A stretch of 64,000 bases of DNA, from NCBI GenBank assembly GCA_040285825.1, contig JAUPSS010000001.1, forward strand, positions 372,001-436,000, written 5' to 3'. This stretch comes from Eukaryota sp. TZLM1-RC. Its lineage: Eukaryota; Protista; Metamonada: BaSk clade. The position numbers and the translations under genes are program-made. A model generated the notes under the pieces. That model searched no databases, was not told the origin of the DNA, and saw only the letters and a program-made list of their open reading frames with translations. How positions within the stretch are numbered: position 1 is the first letter of the stretch; each line of letters opens with the position of its first letter. Shown piece by piece: positions 1 to 13,287 of the stretch.

Positions 1-139
1 ACTTTAATTGCACAAATTTGACGAAGTAAAAAAATAATACATAAATATTAAAAAATACACCAAAAACTGAGAAAATTCTTCCAAAGCTGACGTTTCCTTT
101 TTATATAATGGAGATTTTTAAAACACACTAACCACTATG

Positions 140-1910
140 AGAATATTTATTGAATTTGCGCACTTAATTAAATTAACTCATAACTAATGGGATGACTATC
201 ATTGAACTAAGATTTCCTCTACAAAATCTTGATCTGCTTGCTGTCTAGCTAAAGCTTCTGTTATTCGATTGAAAAACCGTGGTAATCTATTAATGATGGC
301 TAATTGAATCCGTGAACGCCATAAAAAGATATCAAATCTTTTCATTGTTTTTTCTTGCAACATTTTTTGCAAGTCATTCAAAAAAGTTTCTGCTTCATCT
401 GATAATCTTCCATTCATCGAAAATGGGAAAGCAATAAAAACCAGCTGTGTATTTCTATCGACATTAGCCTCTTCAATATCTTTATCATATTTTCTATGTT
501 TCACTTTTGCTTTAAAATTCAGAGCAGCCACAGGATTAAGTTTTCTTCTGTGAACCAAAGTATCATTTGCAACATTACATGAGACAAAGTCAACAATAGC
601 TTCAGAATTATCAATCCAATCACAGTATACATCACCTCTATCATCAGAACCAAAATTATTCAGAGAAAGTGTTTCCTTCAGCAGAGGCTCTTTGATACAC
701 GAAATTCTTGCATTTCGAGCCTTAATAAAAACAGTGTCTCTAACAGCACCAAGGAAAGAAGAACGATAAGTTATCAATTTAGAGCAATTCAGAGCATGGC
801 GCCAAGTGAGTTGAGGGGTATTCGAACAAATACATTTTTCTTTTGTTAATAATGGATTAATTGGAATATTCAAATATAATCTCATTTTTGTTACAAATGC
901 TTCATTAGTGGCACACAATCCAAATCTTCGTGGTACAATGGTTACAAAAAGTGAAGAATCTGATGACTTGTTTTCACAAACACCCTTTTCCAATAACAAT
1001 GAGTGAAGATCTTGATTTAAAGCAGCCGAGCTGCATATATTATTATAAAGATCTTTTTCATACATTCCAGTTAATCGTTTCTGTAATGTTCGAAGAGTGT
1101 ACTTCAAATTTAAAACATTTTTTTCTGGAATATTGCCATTGAATGATTGGGGCAAACATCGACCCCATTTTTCTACATCAATTTTTGAAATTTCTTCATT
1201 TAATGCAAAAAAAGTGGATTTTTGCGTTATCATCAATAAATCTTCCCAATCTGCAAATCTTTCGAAAAACTCAATGATTGCATTTCTGCATCCTCCAACA
1301 AAAGCACACGAGGTAAGAATAGAAGCCTTCGTCCACCCTAAACGGCCATAATGTGGACTAAGGTAAGCATGATCTGGAATTTGGAACATTTTACATCCCA
1401 GTAACTGAGACAGAACTTTTGCACGTAATTCATCAAACTTCTGAGCCAAAGGTCTAGTGACGAGAGGATTTGTGGATCGAAATACATGATTAAAATTGGA
1501 ACTAAAACACAGTCTTATAATGGTAAATTTGATGTGTTTTTGTATATCTAAATTCATCATTCAGTCAATTTTGTCAGAAATTGAGTTCAACTTTTCAAAC
1601 ATTTTTTTTGGTAATTTCATCATTATTTCCTAAAAACGAACCCAAATGACGAATAGCATCAACTGAATATAGTTTGGCTTGAATTTCAATACCATCAACT
1701 ATTGTGGAAACTGGAGAATTCGATAACAAAACACATTTAAGTAAATTAAGTCGGGGACCAATTTTGGTAAATAATTCTTTAACACATAGAGTTGCTTGTT
1801 TCACAATATTTAAATCAAAAATTAGCACAACATCATCCATATATGCAATCATTTTTAGCGAAGGAAACATCTCTTGAATTTGCAGTAAAATAGGATGAAT
1901 GGCCAAACAA
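140..1910 (-). mobile_element. CRE/SLACS-like non-LTR retrotransposon, family A, 5'-truncated (RT C-terminal part + RLE endonuclease)
   Basis: ORF 1595..1906 has the RT motif IAYMDD. ORF 199..1560 has CxC..H..C, IKEP, RGD, VD and K.RKY (restriction-like endonuclease). Near-identical to 42420-43870. Confidence 0.85.
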
Positions 1911-2002
1911 AAACCACTATTGGGATATTTTCACAAAATTTTGTGTAAAGTTTTTGTGAAAGTTGTGGAATACTGAAGAGTAGTTGATACTTTGTACTGT
2001 GT

Positions 2003-2700
2003 TTATACTATTGGTTGAACTCCAACACTTAATAAAATTAAATCAGAACTAATGGGACTAAATTTAATTAACCAAGATTTCTCTACAAAATCCTGATCTG
2101 TCTGTTTTCTTGCCATTGCTTCTCTTATTCGATTGAAGAACCGAGGCAGTCTATTATTTATAGCAAATATAATTTGTGACCACCACAAAAAAATATTCAA
2201 TCTCTTCAATGTTTTTTCTTGAACCAATTCTTGGAAATCATTCAAAAAATAAGTGCTTCTACTGATGGTCTTCCGTTTACTGAAAACTCAAAAGCAATAA
2301 AACAAGAGGTCTATTTCTATCAGCATTAGCTTCTTCGATATCCTTGTCATATATTCTATGGTTTTCATTCGCTGTATATTCAAGAGCTTTTACAGGCTTA
2401 AGTTTATTTTTTTGAACCTAATTGTCATTTGCAACACAACAAGAGACAGAATCAACAAATACTTCAGAGTTCTCAATCGAATCACAGTAAATATCACCTC
2501 TGTCATCAGAACCAAAGTTGTTCAATGACAATGTTTCTCTACCTATCGGATCCTTAATACATGAGATTTCTGCATTTCTTGCCATGATAATACAGTGTCC
2601 CTGACAGCATCATGTAATGAAGAACGACAAGTTATCAATTTGGGGCAATTTAAAGCATGACATAAGGTGAGATGTGATGAATTAGAACAAATACATGTCT
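2003..2700 (-). mobile_element. Diverged 3' fragment of the family A CRE-like element
   Basis: Disrupted RLE-coding sequence homologous to 199-830; ORF 2003..2245 (NRLPRFFNRI). Confidence 0.75.
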
Positions 2701-3134
2701 TTTTAATAGAAGAAAAAAAATTAAATAATAATAAATAAATAATGATAAATTTAAAGAATAAATAATAAATAATTATAATTATAAATAAATAATAATAAAT
2801 TTAAAGAATAAAGAAATAAGGAGTTGCTCCCCTGCTTTTATTTTCTGACTAGTTCTAAACACCCTCCACCTTTGACTGTTTCAAAGAGAAATTAATCATT
2901 GGAAAGCCATCGGCTAATGAAGGAATACTCAGTATTGGTACAATTGTTCATGTTGAAGACTTTTGGTATTTTAAAGAAAGCTATCTATCTCAAGCGAATT
3001 CAGAATATTCCAAAATGTACACTGGTCTGCTAACACTGTAAATAAGTCAATGAATCAGTGGGTGATGAGCCCTTGAGTGGAAAACTGTCAATGTTTGAGA
3101 AGATCAAAATCAGTCGAAAGCACTTTTTCTGACC

Positions 3135-5320
3135 ATGGTATGCTAATGAATACTTCTTACCCTCAGGTATCTGATTCCAACACCGCTTTGGGTAACTACT
3201 TTGACGCCAAGTCATATGCTATTATCGGCGCTTCAACCAAGCCTGGTTCCGCTGGATATGTCCTTTCTGTTCAGATGCTCTCCTCCTTTAAAGGTGACGT
3301 TTACGCCGTTAATCCCCGTGGTGGCGAAATTCTTGGCCGTCCTCTTTTGAAGTCCATTTCTGAAATGCCTGACAATGTCGATGTTGCAGTTCTGGTCACT
3401 GCTGCCAAATATGTCCCCGACTCTGTTCGTCAATGTCTCGATAAGGGTGTCCGCAACTTTGTTGTCATCTCTGGTGGATTTGCCGAAATTGATGAGGAAG
3501 GAGCTAAAATGCAACAACAAATTGTAGATATGTGCCGTGAACATGGAGCTCGTGTCATTGGCCCCAACTGCGTCGGTCTTTTTGCTCCTAAAGAAGGAAT
3601 TGATACAGTATTTCTTCCTATTGATAAGCTCAAGAGACCTGGTGCTGGAGAAATCTCTCTCTTCTCACAATCTGGTGCTTTGGTTGCTGCTATCATGAAT
3701 GAATTGATCAAGGGTAACATGGAAAACTCTGTTTCCAAGATTTTATCCTTTGGTAATGCCTCTGACATTACTGAACTTGATGCTCTCGACTATCTTGAAC
3801 ATGATGAACAAACTAAGATTATCTGGTCTTACCTCGAAGGATTCAAATATGGGGATGCTTATTTACGTAAACTCCGCAAAATTTCAAAGACTAAGCCAGT
3901 CATTACCATCAAATCCAACAGAACTGATGCCGGAGCCCATGCCTCGGCCTCTCACTCTGCTTCCCTCGCCGCCAATGATGCCGTCACTGATCAACTCTTA
4001 GCCCAAGCTGGGTGCATCCGTGCCAAAAAATGGACTGATCTCTTTGATTGCGGCCGTGCATTTGTCAATCAACCTCTACCCAAGGGAAGACGTGTTGGTG
4101 TAGTCACTGATGCTGGTGGTAGTGGTGTTATGCTGTGTGATTGTCTTGATGACAATGGCCTCCAACTTGCCCAATTGTCTGAAGAATCACGCAAAACTTT
4201 CAGAGCCACTTTCCCTCCTTATTATCCATGTGAAAACCCTCTTGATCTCACTGGTTCTGCTGGTGTTGAAGACTATGTAAAGGCTATTAATATTGCTCTT
4301 CAAGACGACAATACTGATGCTATTGTTGTCATTATCCTCACTTGTGTTCCCAATCTTCCAGCTGATGAGCTCGTTTCCAAGCTTGCTGGAAACTTTGGTA
4401 ACAACAACAAACCAGACAAACCCATGCTCATTGTAGTTGCCGGTGGTACTGAGGATGCTGAGATTAAGGCTGGTCTAACCAATGCTGGACTCCCCGTCTA
4501 TGATACTGAAGAAAGAGCTGCTGTTACTCTCGCCACTATGGTCAAGTATAATGAATTCTTGCAACGCAATGCCTCCCTCAAGGAATTGCCTGCCCTTAAT
4601 TCATCCTCTAAAATGCCCGAAATTGACGCTATCATTGAAGGAGCCAAAAAGGATGGTCGCAAGGTTTTATTGGAACCAGAAGCTGCTGAGATTTTCCGTC
4701 TTAAGGGCATTCCAACACCAACTCAATCTTTTGTTAAGTCTGTAGATGAAGCTGTTTCTGCATATAAGAATACCTTTGGTGGTGAAAAGATTGTAATGAA
4801 ATTGGTTTCTCCCCAAGTTATTCACAAATCTGATGAAAATGCTGTTGCCGTTGGTCTCAAATCAGAAGAAGAGGTAAGAGCTGTTGCTGAAGATTACTTT
4901 GCTCGCTTTGCTGATAGAGATGTTCGTGGAATTCTTATGTATTCCATGGTTCCTAAGGGTACTGAAATCATTGCTGGTGTTGTTGATGATCCTACCTTTG
5001 GTTCCCTTGTTCTCTGTGGTATCGGTGGTGTTTTGGTTGAAATTCTCAATGATGTCGCCTTTTCTCTTTGCCCAACTCATCCTGAAGATGCTAAACAAAT
5101 GATTGGTAATCTTAAATCACAAAACATTCTTGATGGGTACAGAGGAGCACCAGCTGTTGATCGTGAAGCTTTGGCTGATATTGTCACCAAGGTTTCTCAA
5201 TTAGCTGATGCTTACAGAGGTGTTATTGGTGAAATTGATGTCAATCCTCTCATTTCCTACCAAGAAGGTGATTCCACCAAGATTTGTGCAGTTGATGCTC
5301 GTATCATTCTTACCCAGTAG
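3135..5320 (+). CDS. Acetyl-CoA synthetase (ADP-forming), fused alpha-beta; join(3135..3137,3167..5320)
   Basis: CoA-binding IIGAS..., GPNCVG, SQSGA, phospho-His motif ASHSASLA, ATP-grasp MKLVSPQVIHKSD, EIDVNPL, AVDARI. The ATG is followed by a 29-nt intron that restores MVSDSN. Confidence 0.92.
3138..3166 (+). other. 29-nt spliceosomal intron directly after the start codon
   Basis: gtatgc...cttaccctcag; removal puts ATG 3135 in frame with the ORF. Confidence 0.75.
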
Positions 5321-5429
5321 ATTATATTATTTAGCTGTAGATTTATTTCATAAAATTTTTTTGTTGTAATTGCTCCATTATAATTAAAAATTGCACATTG
5401 TCCAACCTTTACCAGGGTAGTTGATATAT

Positions 5430-5750
5430 TATATTCAGTTATTGTAAGCTAATGCTGATGAAACAGTTGACTACTTGTTTTATTGCTTTCCCAATGGAAG
5501 TCTACCAGAAGTTGGAAATTTGTTTGAAGGATTTCCAAAACTTGGTTCTGATAACAACAATGAAGAGATTTGATATCTTTTTCGGGTGCTCACGAATTTA
5601 GTTCACTTCTTTGAATAGAATACTTAAGTTCTTTCATCGAATAAGTGAAGTAATGACGAGAAAACCAACAGATCAGGATTTTGTGGGATCATAATTTTGG
5701 TATACTGAAATTCGTCCCATTGGTTCTGAGTTCATTTTATCAAATATTGA
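5430..5750 (+). mobile_element. Decayed 3' fragment of a family A CRE-like element
   Basis: Degenerate ANAD..FIAFP..TMKRFDIF..DQDFV and a matching 3' UTR. Confidence 0.65.
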
Positions 5751-6795
5751 GAATGGATAAGGAAGTTCTATTCAACTAACAAAAACTTTACGAAAGCGTT
5801 GACTTGTGTCGTAATTCAATCAAATAGTAAGATTATCGTTGGGTGTCATCAGAACAATTCTTATTTAAGTCTTGTTTACTTTCCGTGGGCATGAACTAAT
5901 CTGTATTTCCATAAACAATCCAAAGCTTTACTAAAACAAACTAGTTCTGGTCCATGTTGAATAAACAAGGATATTATTAAAAAATGTGTAAAGAATTGAT
6001 TATTGTTGTTACAGAATCTTTTGCAGGCAAAACAAAAACAGTTGCTTAGTCAACACTATTCAGTACATCAAAATTTCTAGATGTCACAACTCTAGTAAAC
6101 AACTTTTTGCTTAGTGTAACATGTTGACAATTGAACAATGAAATGATATGTCGCGTCTCGCGCACAATAAACAGAAATGAGGAAGGTTTAGCTACTGCTA
6201 ACGATTTTTAGTATTTTAAATTTTAGTTAATTCTGATTTAACCACATTTTTCTTTGTTCAGGATGAAGAAATGATAAATGGCAAGTTAATTGGTTTTCTA
6301 ACAACGTCTGCACACTAAGTGATCATTAGTGGAAAACAAACTTGGAATGCTTCTGCATAAATCAACACTCAAAAAGCATTTAACTGCAACCTTTGTTGTC
6401 GAAAAATTTGTTGAAAAATTTGGCAACCAAATAGAGCCTCAAAGTTGATTGAGTGACTTTATGTACAATGGTTTTTATCATTGGAACACCGTAGACGTAC
6501 TGTGATTTGATATAAATGGTAGAATTTTGAGCTTCAACAATCTCATATTCAATGAATTATGTGAAAATACATAATACAGCTCGCCTGAGGTTTTCTAGAC
6601 CAAAAACTCTATTTCCCAACATGATATCATTCTGTCCATTTACAAAAGATTCTGTCAAAACCACCTAATAGAGCCTTTTTGATGAACAGTTAGATCCAAT
6701 TTAAATGTTGATTCATTTGCTGATCTCAGACCTAAAATTTTGACCATTCATATAAATTCAAAACAAAAAACAACTTTTATACAAGATAAACAAAA

Positions 6796-8589
6796 CTACA
6801 TGCCATCAAGTGCTTTCCTCACATCTTCTTCAGCATCTCCAATTGGTTGAATGTTGAATTTCTCAATCAAAACACCAAGAGCCTCCTCAGTTAACCAAGC
6901 AGGGAGTCTTGGTCCAAGTCTAACATTTTTAATTCCAAGGTAAAGTAAAGTTAAAAGAATTGCAACAGCCTTTTGTTCAAACCAAGAAACAAAGTAGCTG
7001 ATGGGAACGTCATTGAGACCAGCTCCCAGTTCCTTAGCAATGGCAGCAACCAATTGGATTCCGCTAAAAGTATCGTTGCACTGTCCAAGATGAAGCAAGC
7101 GTGGGAAACCGTCCGTGTCTGGAAGTGTACCGAAATCAACAGTGGTGATATAGCGGTAAACACCACAAGCAGAGCCAGCAACGACACAATCAGGGAGCTT
7201 TTCGTTAATATACTCTGCCACTTCTGTAAAATAATTCCTTTGAGAGAAACTTCCATCACACCCTCCGACAAAGAAAACTCTTCGCAGTTTCCCTGTCTTC
7301 ACCAAATCAATGACAGCAGAGGCCAAGGGCACAGTCGTACGATGGTTGGCTCCAATGGTTTGTTCAGACAAGAAGTTGTCAAATTGAGGACCGCCATCTT
7401 CATCAAATCCTGGGAGCTCAAGAGCCTTTTCGATAACCTTGGACCAGTCCTTTTTCCCCTTTGAATTAGATTCAAGGTGGGTCACAGATGCTTCACCTAC
7501 AACATTGCAAGTAAACATTCGGTCCTTGTAGGCTTTCTTAGCAGGCATAACACAATTGGTGTTGATGACAATAGCTCCTGGGAAAGCAGCAAACTCTTTC
7601 TGTTGGTTTTGCCAGGCTGAACCATAATTACCTACGAAATGAGAAAACTCCTTTAGTTTGGGGTAGGAATTAGCAGCAAGCATTTCTCCATGAGTGTAGA
7701 TGTTGATTCCAGTTTCCTTAGTGGCTTCCAACAAATCTGCCAAATCATGAAGATCATGACCAGACATCAAAATAGCCTTTCCTTTCCTAACACCAAAAGA
7801 AACCTTCGTAAAGGTAGGTTGACCAAATGAATTGAAGTTTGCATGGTCAAGTCTTGCCATTGTATCGAGATTGGCCTTTCCAAGTTCAAGGGCTAGTTCA
7901 AGTAAATCACGTTGACCAGATACTACATCAGACAAAACAGTGAAGATGGCGACACCATCAGGCTTAATATCGCCACCAGCAAGGGCCACGTGGGTTGAAT
8001 AAGCCGAGATACCCTTAATAGCGTAGACAAGCAGCTCTTGGAGTCCACATACAGTAGCTCCAAGTTTCTTCATTCTGTTGTAGATTCCAAACTCTGACTT
8101 TCCATAACTAACCATCTCTTCAATGGAAAAAGGGGGATTCCAGTTGGTGATACTAGTGGAGTTGTTCATTCCAAATTCATTGGCAATGTCAAGAGAGGTG
8201 AGGTTGGATTCCTTGACCAGAGAAATAGCTTCCTCTTTGGCGGTACGAAGACGATCAATGTACTCACCAACACGATCCTTGTCAAAATTAACGTTTGTGA
8301 GTGTAAGGAAAGCGCCTTCAGTGACTGCCTTAATGAAGTGATCTGGAAGATCTATTCCAGCATCGACCAATGGACGAGCATGTACAGAAACAGAAAAACA
8401 ACCAGCAATGATGAGATCGAAGAGTGCAGAGAGATCGGCATCCTGATGTCAGATAAATAGTAGGAGTCAAACCTTAGAACAGACACCCTTGGATTGCATG
8501 CAAGCCTTGTTCATGGCAGCTTGTTCACACTGCATACACAACATTTGTGGTGCAGACGAGAGCGTTTCGATATCTTGATCAGTGAGCAT
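6796..8589 (-). CDS. hcp: Hybrid cluster protein (prismane/hydroxylamine reductase); join(8589..8473,8442..6796), 587 aa
   Basis: N-terminal CMQCEQ..C..GVC (exon 1), TLTNVNFD, SGHDL, YTHGEML, GSAWQNQ, TNC, GGCDG, GQCND, SWFEQKAV. Confidence 0.93.
8443..8472 (-). other. 30-nt intron in hcp
   Basis: gtttga...ctgacatcag with an in-frame TGA; removal joins GVCSK to DADL. Confidence 0.85.
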
Positions 8590-8691
8590 CCAAACAACAA
8601 CAGAAAAGAAAAATATGGTGCAGAGACGGCATGGTTGTAATAAAAGAGAAGAGGAACGGCAGATAACGTGATATTAAATAACACTAATTTT

Positions 8692-9321
8692 CAGTGTTTG
8701 GCACAATGTTAGAATTACTGAACTAGTTCGGCCGAACGTTCGGCACCTACTGATATGTTCGGTTAGTTCAGCATCTCGTTTTGATTCATTAATATCAAAA
8801 CGCTGTTTATCTCCTCCTTCCTTATACTATTACACTCACTATCAACCAACAAAGTAAACTTTTATTCAGAAAGTTCTACAACATCTAAATCTAGGTCATT
8901 AACCTAGGACAGTGTTTATATCCTTGACAGAAATGTTGGATAATTGAGTACATAAGGCATATCCAGCTCTATTCTCCTTAATGAAATGGGAGGAAAAGCG
9001 ACGGGCTGAACCTTTTATCATTTTACTGCAGCAGCGGCACTGTGAAGTAATATTTTTGGACACTTTATCGTAATTAACGTTATCCAGAAGTTTGTAAACA
9101 GGGTGCTTTGGCATTGAAGAAAGTTGATGTAAAGAAGGGGATTTATGTATGAATACAGATTTTTAAACAATGAAATCTATTGTAGTAGTGGAAAAAATGA
9201 ATTTGGGAAAACATTTTTAAACAAAACTGTGTTGACACGTGTAAGTGAACTAAAACTAGTTCGGCCGAACTAAACTAGTTTGGCGTACGTTCGGAATTCT
9301 AACATTGGTTTGGCAGCACTG
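8692..9321 (-). mobile_element. hAT-like non-autonomous DNA transposon with a BED-finger remnant
   Basis: Imperfect TIRs starting CAGTG and sharing caatgttagaatt; subterminal GTTCGGCCGAAC palindromes at both ends; ORF 8899..9114 has CxxC..H..C. No TSD seen. Confidence 0.55.
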
Positions 9322-9339
9322 ATCACACAAATTTTGAAT

Positions 9340-9930
9340 TTTCAAATTTATTGAACGTCGTTTGTGGTTAAATCGTATTGTTTTTAGTATTTTCAAAACA
9401 ATTTTTTTTCCAAAACTATTTATTTTGAAACGCAAACACAAAAACTAAAAAAAAACTAGAACTCAATTTCCTCAATACAGACATCAACATCATCAAACTT
9501 CTCGAATGCGCGATTCTCATACTCTATTCCTAATTGTAACAGTGCTTTGGTTATCTTTTCGGGAATTGCTTTAAGTATACTAAAAACATTTTTATTGTGC
9601 CAGAAATTAAAAGTTCAACTCTTTTCCTGCTCTTTTCTTTATTAAACATCTGAAACCTTCAAGAAATTTAATACCAGATATTCCAATGTTACCAAAAAGA
9701 GAAACAGTAAATGGAACCAGCTCATACTTCACATGCTCAACACGCCCAAACTGAGATAAGGGATCCTTGTACTTTTTTATTTTGCTCTTTTCAGCAAAGC
9801 AAAGTATTTCAAAACAAATCCTAAATTGATTTCGAAAGCTGTGATGTCTGTCAGTGCACATTATGAAAACATTGCTGTTGTAAGGTTTGATGGTGTGGAA
9901 GCTTTTTTTGAAGATATTGATTTTTAGACT
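9340..9930. mobile_element. Cluster of CRE-like 3' fragments (family B on - at ~9457-9800; another family on + at ~9340-9400 and ~9805-9927)
   Basis: Similar to 52871-53210 (KIKKYKDPLSQ..VEHVKY) and to 22560-22692 (FEDIDF*). Confidence 0.7.
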
Positions 9931-10830
9931 TTTTTTAGAATAAGATAAACATATATAAAAGATTTTATTAATAACTTTCTTAGATAAATTTTATTAAATA
10001 TAGCGTTTCTACTATAGGCAAGAAACAGAGAAGCCTCTAAAGACGTTTGCTTCAAAAGTTTTGACTCAGATGTGGTTACGATCTGCACATCATCATCTTG
10101 TGCAATTTTCTGAGGAGCAAAAAAGAGAAAAGATGCAGGGGAATGAAATGATGAAAAGCGCTTGTTGTTGAAAGAAGGTGGTGATGTAAGTGAAGTAAAA
10201 GTGGAATTCACTATCAATTCATCCAATTCAGCAACTTGTTTCATTGTGGTTGCTCTAGCTTCAGATTGTTTCAGTTTTTCCTTTAAATGTTCTACAAGAA
10301 TTTCGGGAAGATTACTGCCCTTTTTTACATTGGAGGATTTATATGTCAAATGTTAAACCAGCCTGGTTTTGCTACCAGTAAAGGTATGAGAAGCAAGAAA
10401 GACACCTATATTGACTATGGATGTGGTTGCCTTTACCCTTAGTAAAAGGCTTCTGATAACTTCAAAGTTGTCATCTTTGTGGGTAAATGAACAATCATTA
10501 TCCATGTTAAATAAGGAAGCTTGGGTTTGAACAGGGGTCATCGCACCAAAATGGGTGCGATGGTACAAAGAATTGCATCTCCTAACACTGCTAATTTTGA
10601 TTATTTATTTTCAAACTTTCGAACAAGGAGAGAAGTATGGGATTGTTGATGACAGCAACAGTTTCAGATCTCTAATGTATAGGACTAGATTGCTGAAGAG
10701 TGGTGCTTTTTAGTTATTTGTCAATTGTCATTTCTCGTCAAACGCCTGTCATTTTACAGTCATCAGATAGATGTCTGGTTTCAAAGATCCGACCATACTC
10801 AAATTGAAGCTATTATTCCTGTTTAATTGA

Positions 10831-11178
10831 ATGATCGGCTCTCCTAGGAATCACCACAAACGTTCATCGGCTTTGTTGAGGGTTCGTGATTTAAGGTTAA
10901 CTGCATCATGCCCTCTAAACTTTCGCCTCACTGTTGTTTCCTCCAATGTGGAGTACACTATGGGCAAATTTGGAATTATATGGAGGGGACTGGTTAAAGA
11001 TCAAGTTGGAAGAACTACACGCCTTGTTGCTACTGGAACATCTGCCCTTTCCTTTTCACTTCTACAGCCTGGCCAGAACATTGATATTAGGAATTTTCGT
11101 GTAACATGGGACAATGAATGTACCAATGATTTTAAAAAGTTGTTGATTGCAACACCAAACACTAAGCTTGTATATTGA
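10831..11178 (+). CDS. Small hypothetical protein, possible OB fold
   Basis: 115-aa ORF; VKD..G.T.RLVA.G..A..F..LQPGQ.IDI.NF resembles RPA-type OB strands; start uncertain. Confidence 0.35.
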   Translation: MIGSPRNHHKRSSALLRVRDLRLTASCPLNFRLTVVSSNVEYTMGKFGIIWRGLVKDQVGRTTRLVATGTSALSFSLLQPGQNIDIRNFRVTWDNECTNDFKKLLIATPNTKLVY

Positions 11179-11582
11179 AACTTCTTGTACATACATGTAA
11201 ATAAAAGCTGTTTATCGTTTGCCATTTTCTCTGGCTGAATATAAGTAAATTTTGCAGGTGTTTACTCATATGATTTTGCATGTACACCACAAAACAACAG
11301 TTTTGGTTTTCTTCAATTTTTCAATTCAGTAGACCCTTCTATCTGAGATGGGGTGCATAATGGGTGACTAGACATACATCTACACTAGACGATTATGATG
11401 AGAATTAAACAAATCAAATCGCAAAAGCAAGAACATGAAAGAGAAATTACTGAACCAACGGTTAAATCAAAAAGCCATAAATAAACTTTTATAAAAACAA
11501 ACAGAGATATCCTCGAAACCTATAATACAGCAAACACGAAAATTCATTCTTGTTTGATAATTCAATTATATAAACCCCCTAA

Positions 11583-12335
11583 TTAACTGAACAACAATCT
11601 CTTCAGGTACAACTCAGAATCTAAAAGTCGCCGTGAATATGAATTTTCCAAATTAAACACTTCTTGGTCCACATCTCCCTCACCAATCATTTCTTCATAC
11701 GCCTCTTGTACCTCTCTGATGACCTCATTACTAGAAAGGAACTCAGACATCACCACTGCCCAATGAGAAGCATTTTCTTTGAGAGACTGACACGTGGCAT
11801 AATAATGCTTAATCTGTTGGTTCAGTAAACTCTCATCGTGATCTTGATAAACTATTTTAGACAGAAGTGAACCAGGAGAGGGTAGGGAAAGAGGAGGCCT
11901 TGGGGCCAGATCTCCTGGACCCTGTTTAAGGTCATCGAGGTTGAATGAGGGCGTAAGGACTGTTTGGAAGACAAAAGAGGGTTCATGCTCATCAGAACAG
12001 ATAGATGACTCTTCTAGGTAGGGAAGAGGTTGAGAAGGGGTAGTAGCGGGAAGAACACTAAAAGGGAGATCACTGCAAAATGAAGCAAAATCTGCCTCTG
12101 ACAGAAAGCGTGCGAGGTAAAACGCATCATTTAAGACCAGTTCCAGTCCAAGTGGGGGAGACGTAGAGCATTGTAGAGCAGAAAAGGGGAGGGAGTACAC
12201 AGTGAAGCCACTGTCAGATACTATAATAGCATCAGATTCCATTGAGATCTGTAGAACTGCATCTTCAAGCCCGAGCGGTATCAAAGAGCCATTTTCGGCA
12301 TCCTTGATCAACAAGTGTATATCATAATATGCCAT
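11583..12335 (-). CDS. Hypothetical protein
   Basis: 250-aa ATG ORF with host-like elevated GC; no recognised motif. Confidence 0.65.
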   Translation of the reverse strand: MAYYDIHLLIKDAENGSLIPLGLEDAVLQISMESDAIIVSDSGFTVYSLPFSALQCSTSPPLGLELVLNDAFYLARFLSEADFASFCSDLPFSVLPATTPSQPLPYLEESSICSDEHEPSFVFQTVLTPSFNLDDLKQGPGDLAPRPPLSLPSPGSLLSKIVYQDHDESLLNQQIKHYYATCQSLKENASHWAVVMSEFLSSNEVIREVQEAYEEMIGEGDVDQEVFNLENSYSRRLLDSELYLKRLLFS

Positions 12336-13287
12336 ATATCAAGATGATAAAAGCAGCAGCAAGTACACAGAAAGCAGAGGGCTTAAGGATTGAAACCAAA
12401 GACAGATGTTTATTATTATTTTATTTTCAAGAAAATTTTTGAGTTGGCATTGATTCAAACCATATTCAAAACTTATATTGTGCATGACGTCATAATGTCG
12501 TGATATTCTTTGTCATGTACAAAGATGAATTTCATTAATAAACTGGTTCCAATATCAAATGCACAAACTTTGAAGCAGAGCCAAAAAATAGTATCTTGTT
12601 TCCCAATTTCACTAAGTACTGAACTTTCATACCTTAGATATTACCACAAACTACAAGTTTGAACAAAAATAAATATTTTATTCGTTCAAGAATTGCATTT
12701 TGTGTTTCCAAGGAATTTAGATTGCTGACAAAACTGTCAAACACCAGAGTTTTAGAACAGGTGCCATTGCTTCCATCAATTTTGTTAGCATTCGATAACT
12801 TTAGATGCAATAGTTTTTGTTGTTTTTGTTCTGGTTTAATATCATTTATTGTTTTGTATTCAGGTGCTCATCTGCATTTACGGTTTATGATGCTTGTTTT
12901 TGAAGAGTTTGTAGAGTAATTATTCATAATCAATGAATTATTGATGATGTAGTGACATGCGGGGATTGTCATGGTGTCATCTAAAATCATCAACTTCTGC
13001 CATGTTATTAAAAAATCAATTTATATATCAATCATTGTTTATTATTTCCAAAACACCAATTTCAAATTCTGTTTCTTTTTCATAGTTTGAAATATTTAAT
13101 AAATAATCTCTGACTTCATCATGTCTGTTTTAATACACCTTGAAACACCAAAATACATTGAAAACTGTGTCCAAACCAAGATTAGTGTAACCAGACCTGA
13201 AAACACTGATGATAAAAAGTATTACAAATTAACTTCAGATTAAGAAAATTTTTTGTAAACTATATTTTTATTGAACTAAAATACTAT

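Noticed and set aside
2705-2820. AATAA-rich tract
   Set aside because: Simple low-complexity sequence.
3077-3134. GTG-initiated extension of ACS as a targeting peptide
   Set aside because: Non-ATG start in a eukaryote; ATG 3135 plus intron explains the gene.
9924-10580. Short minus-strand ORFs as one gene
   Set aside because: No supportable splice model or motif; the 3' end runs into a retroelement tail.
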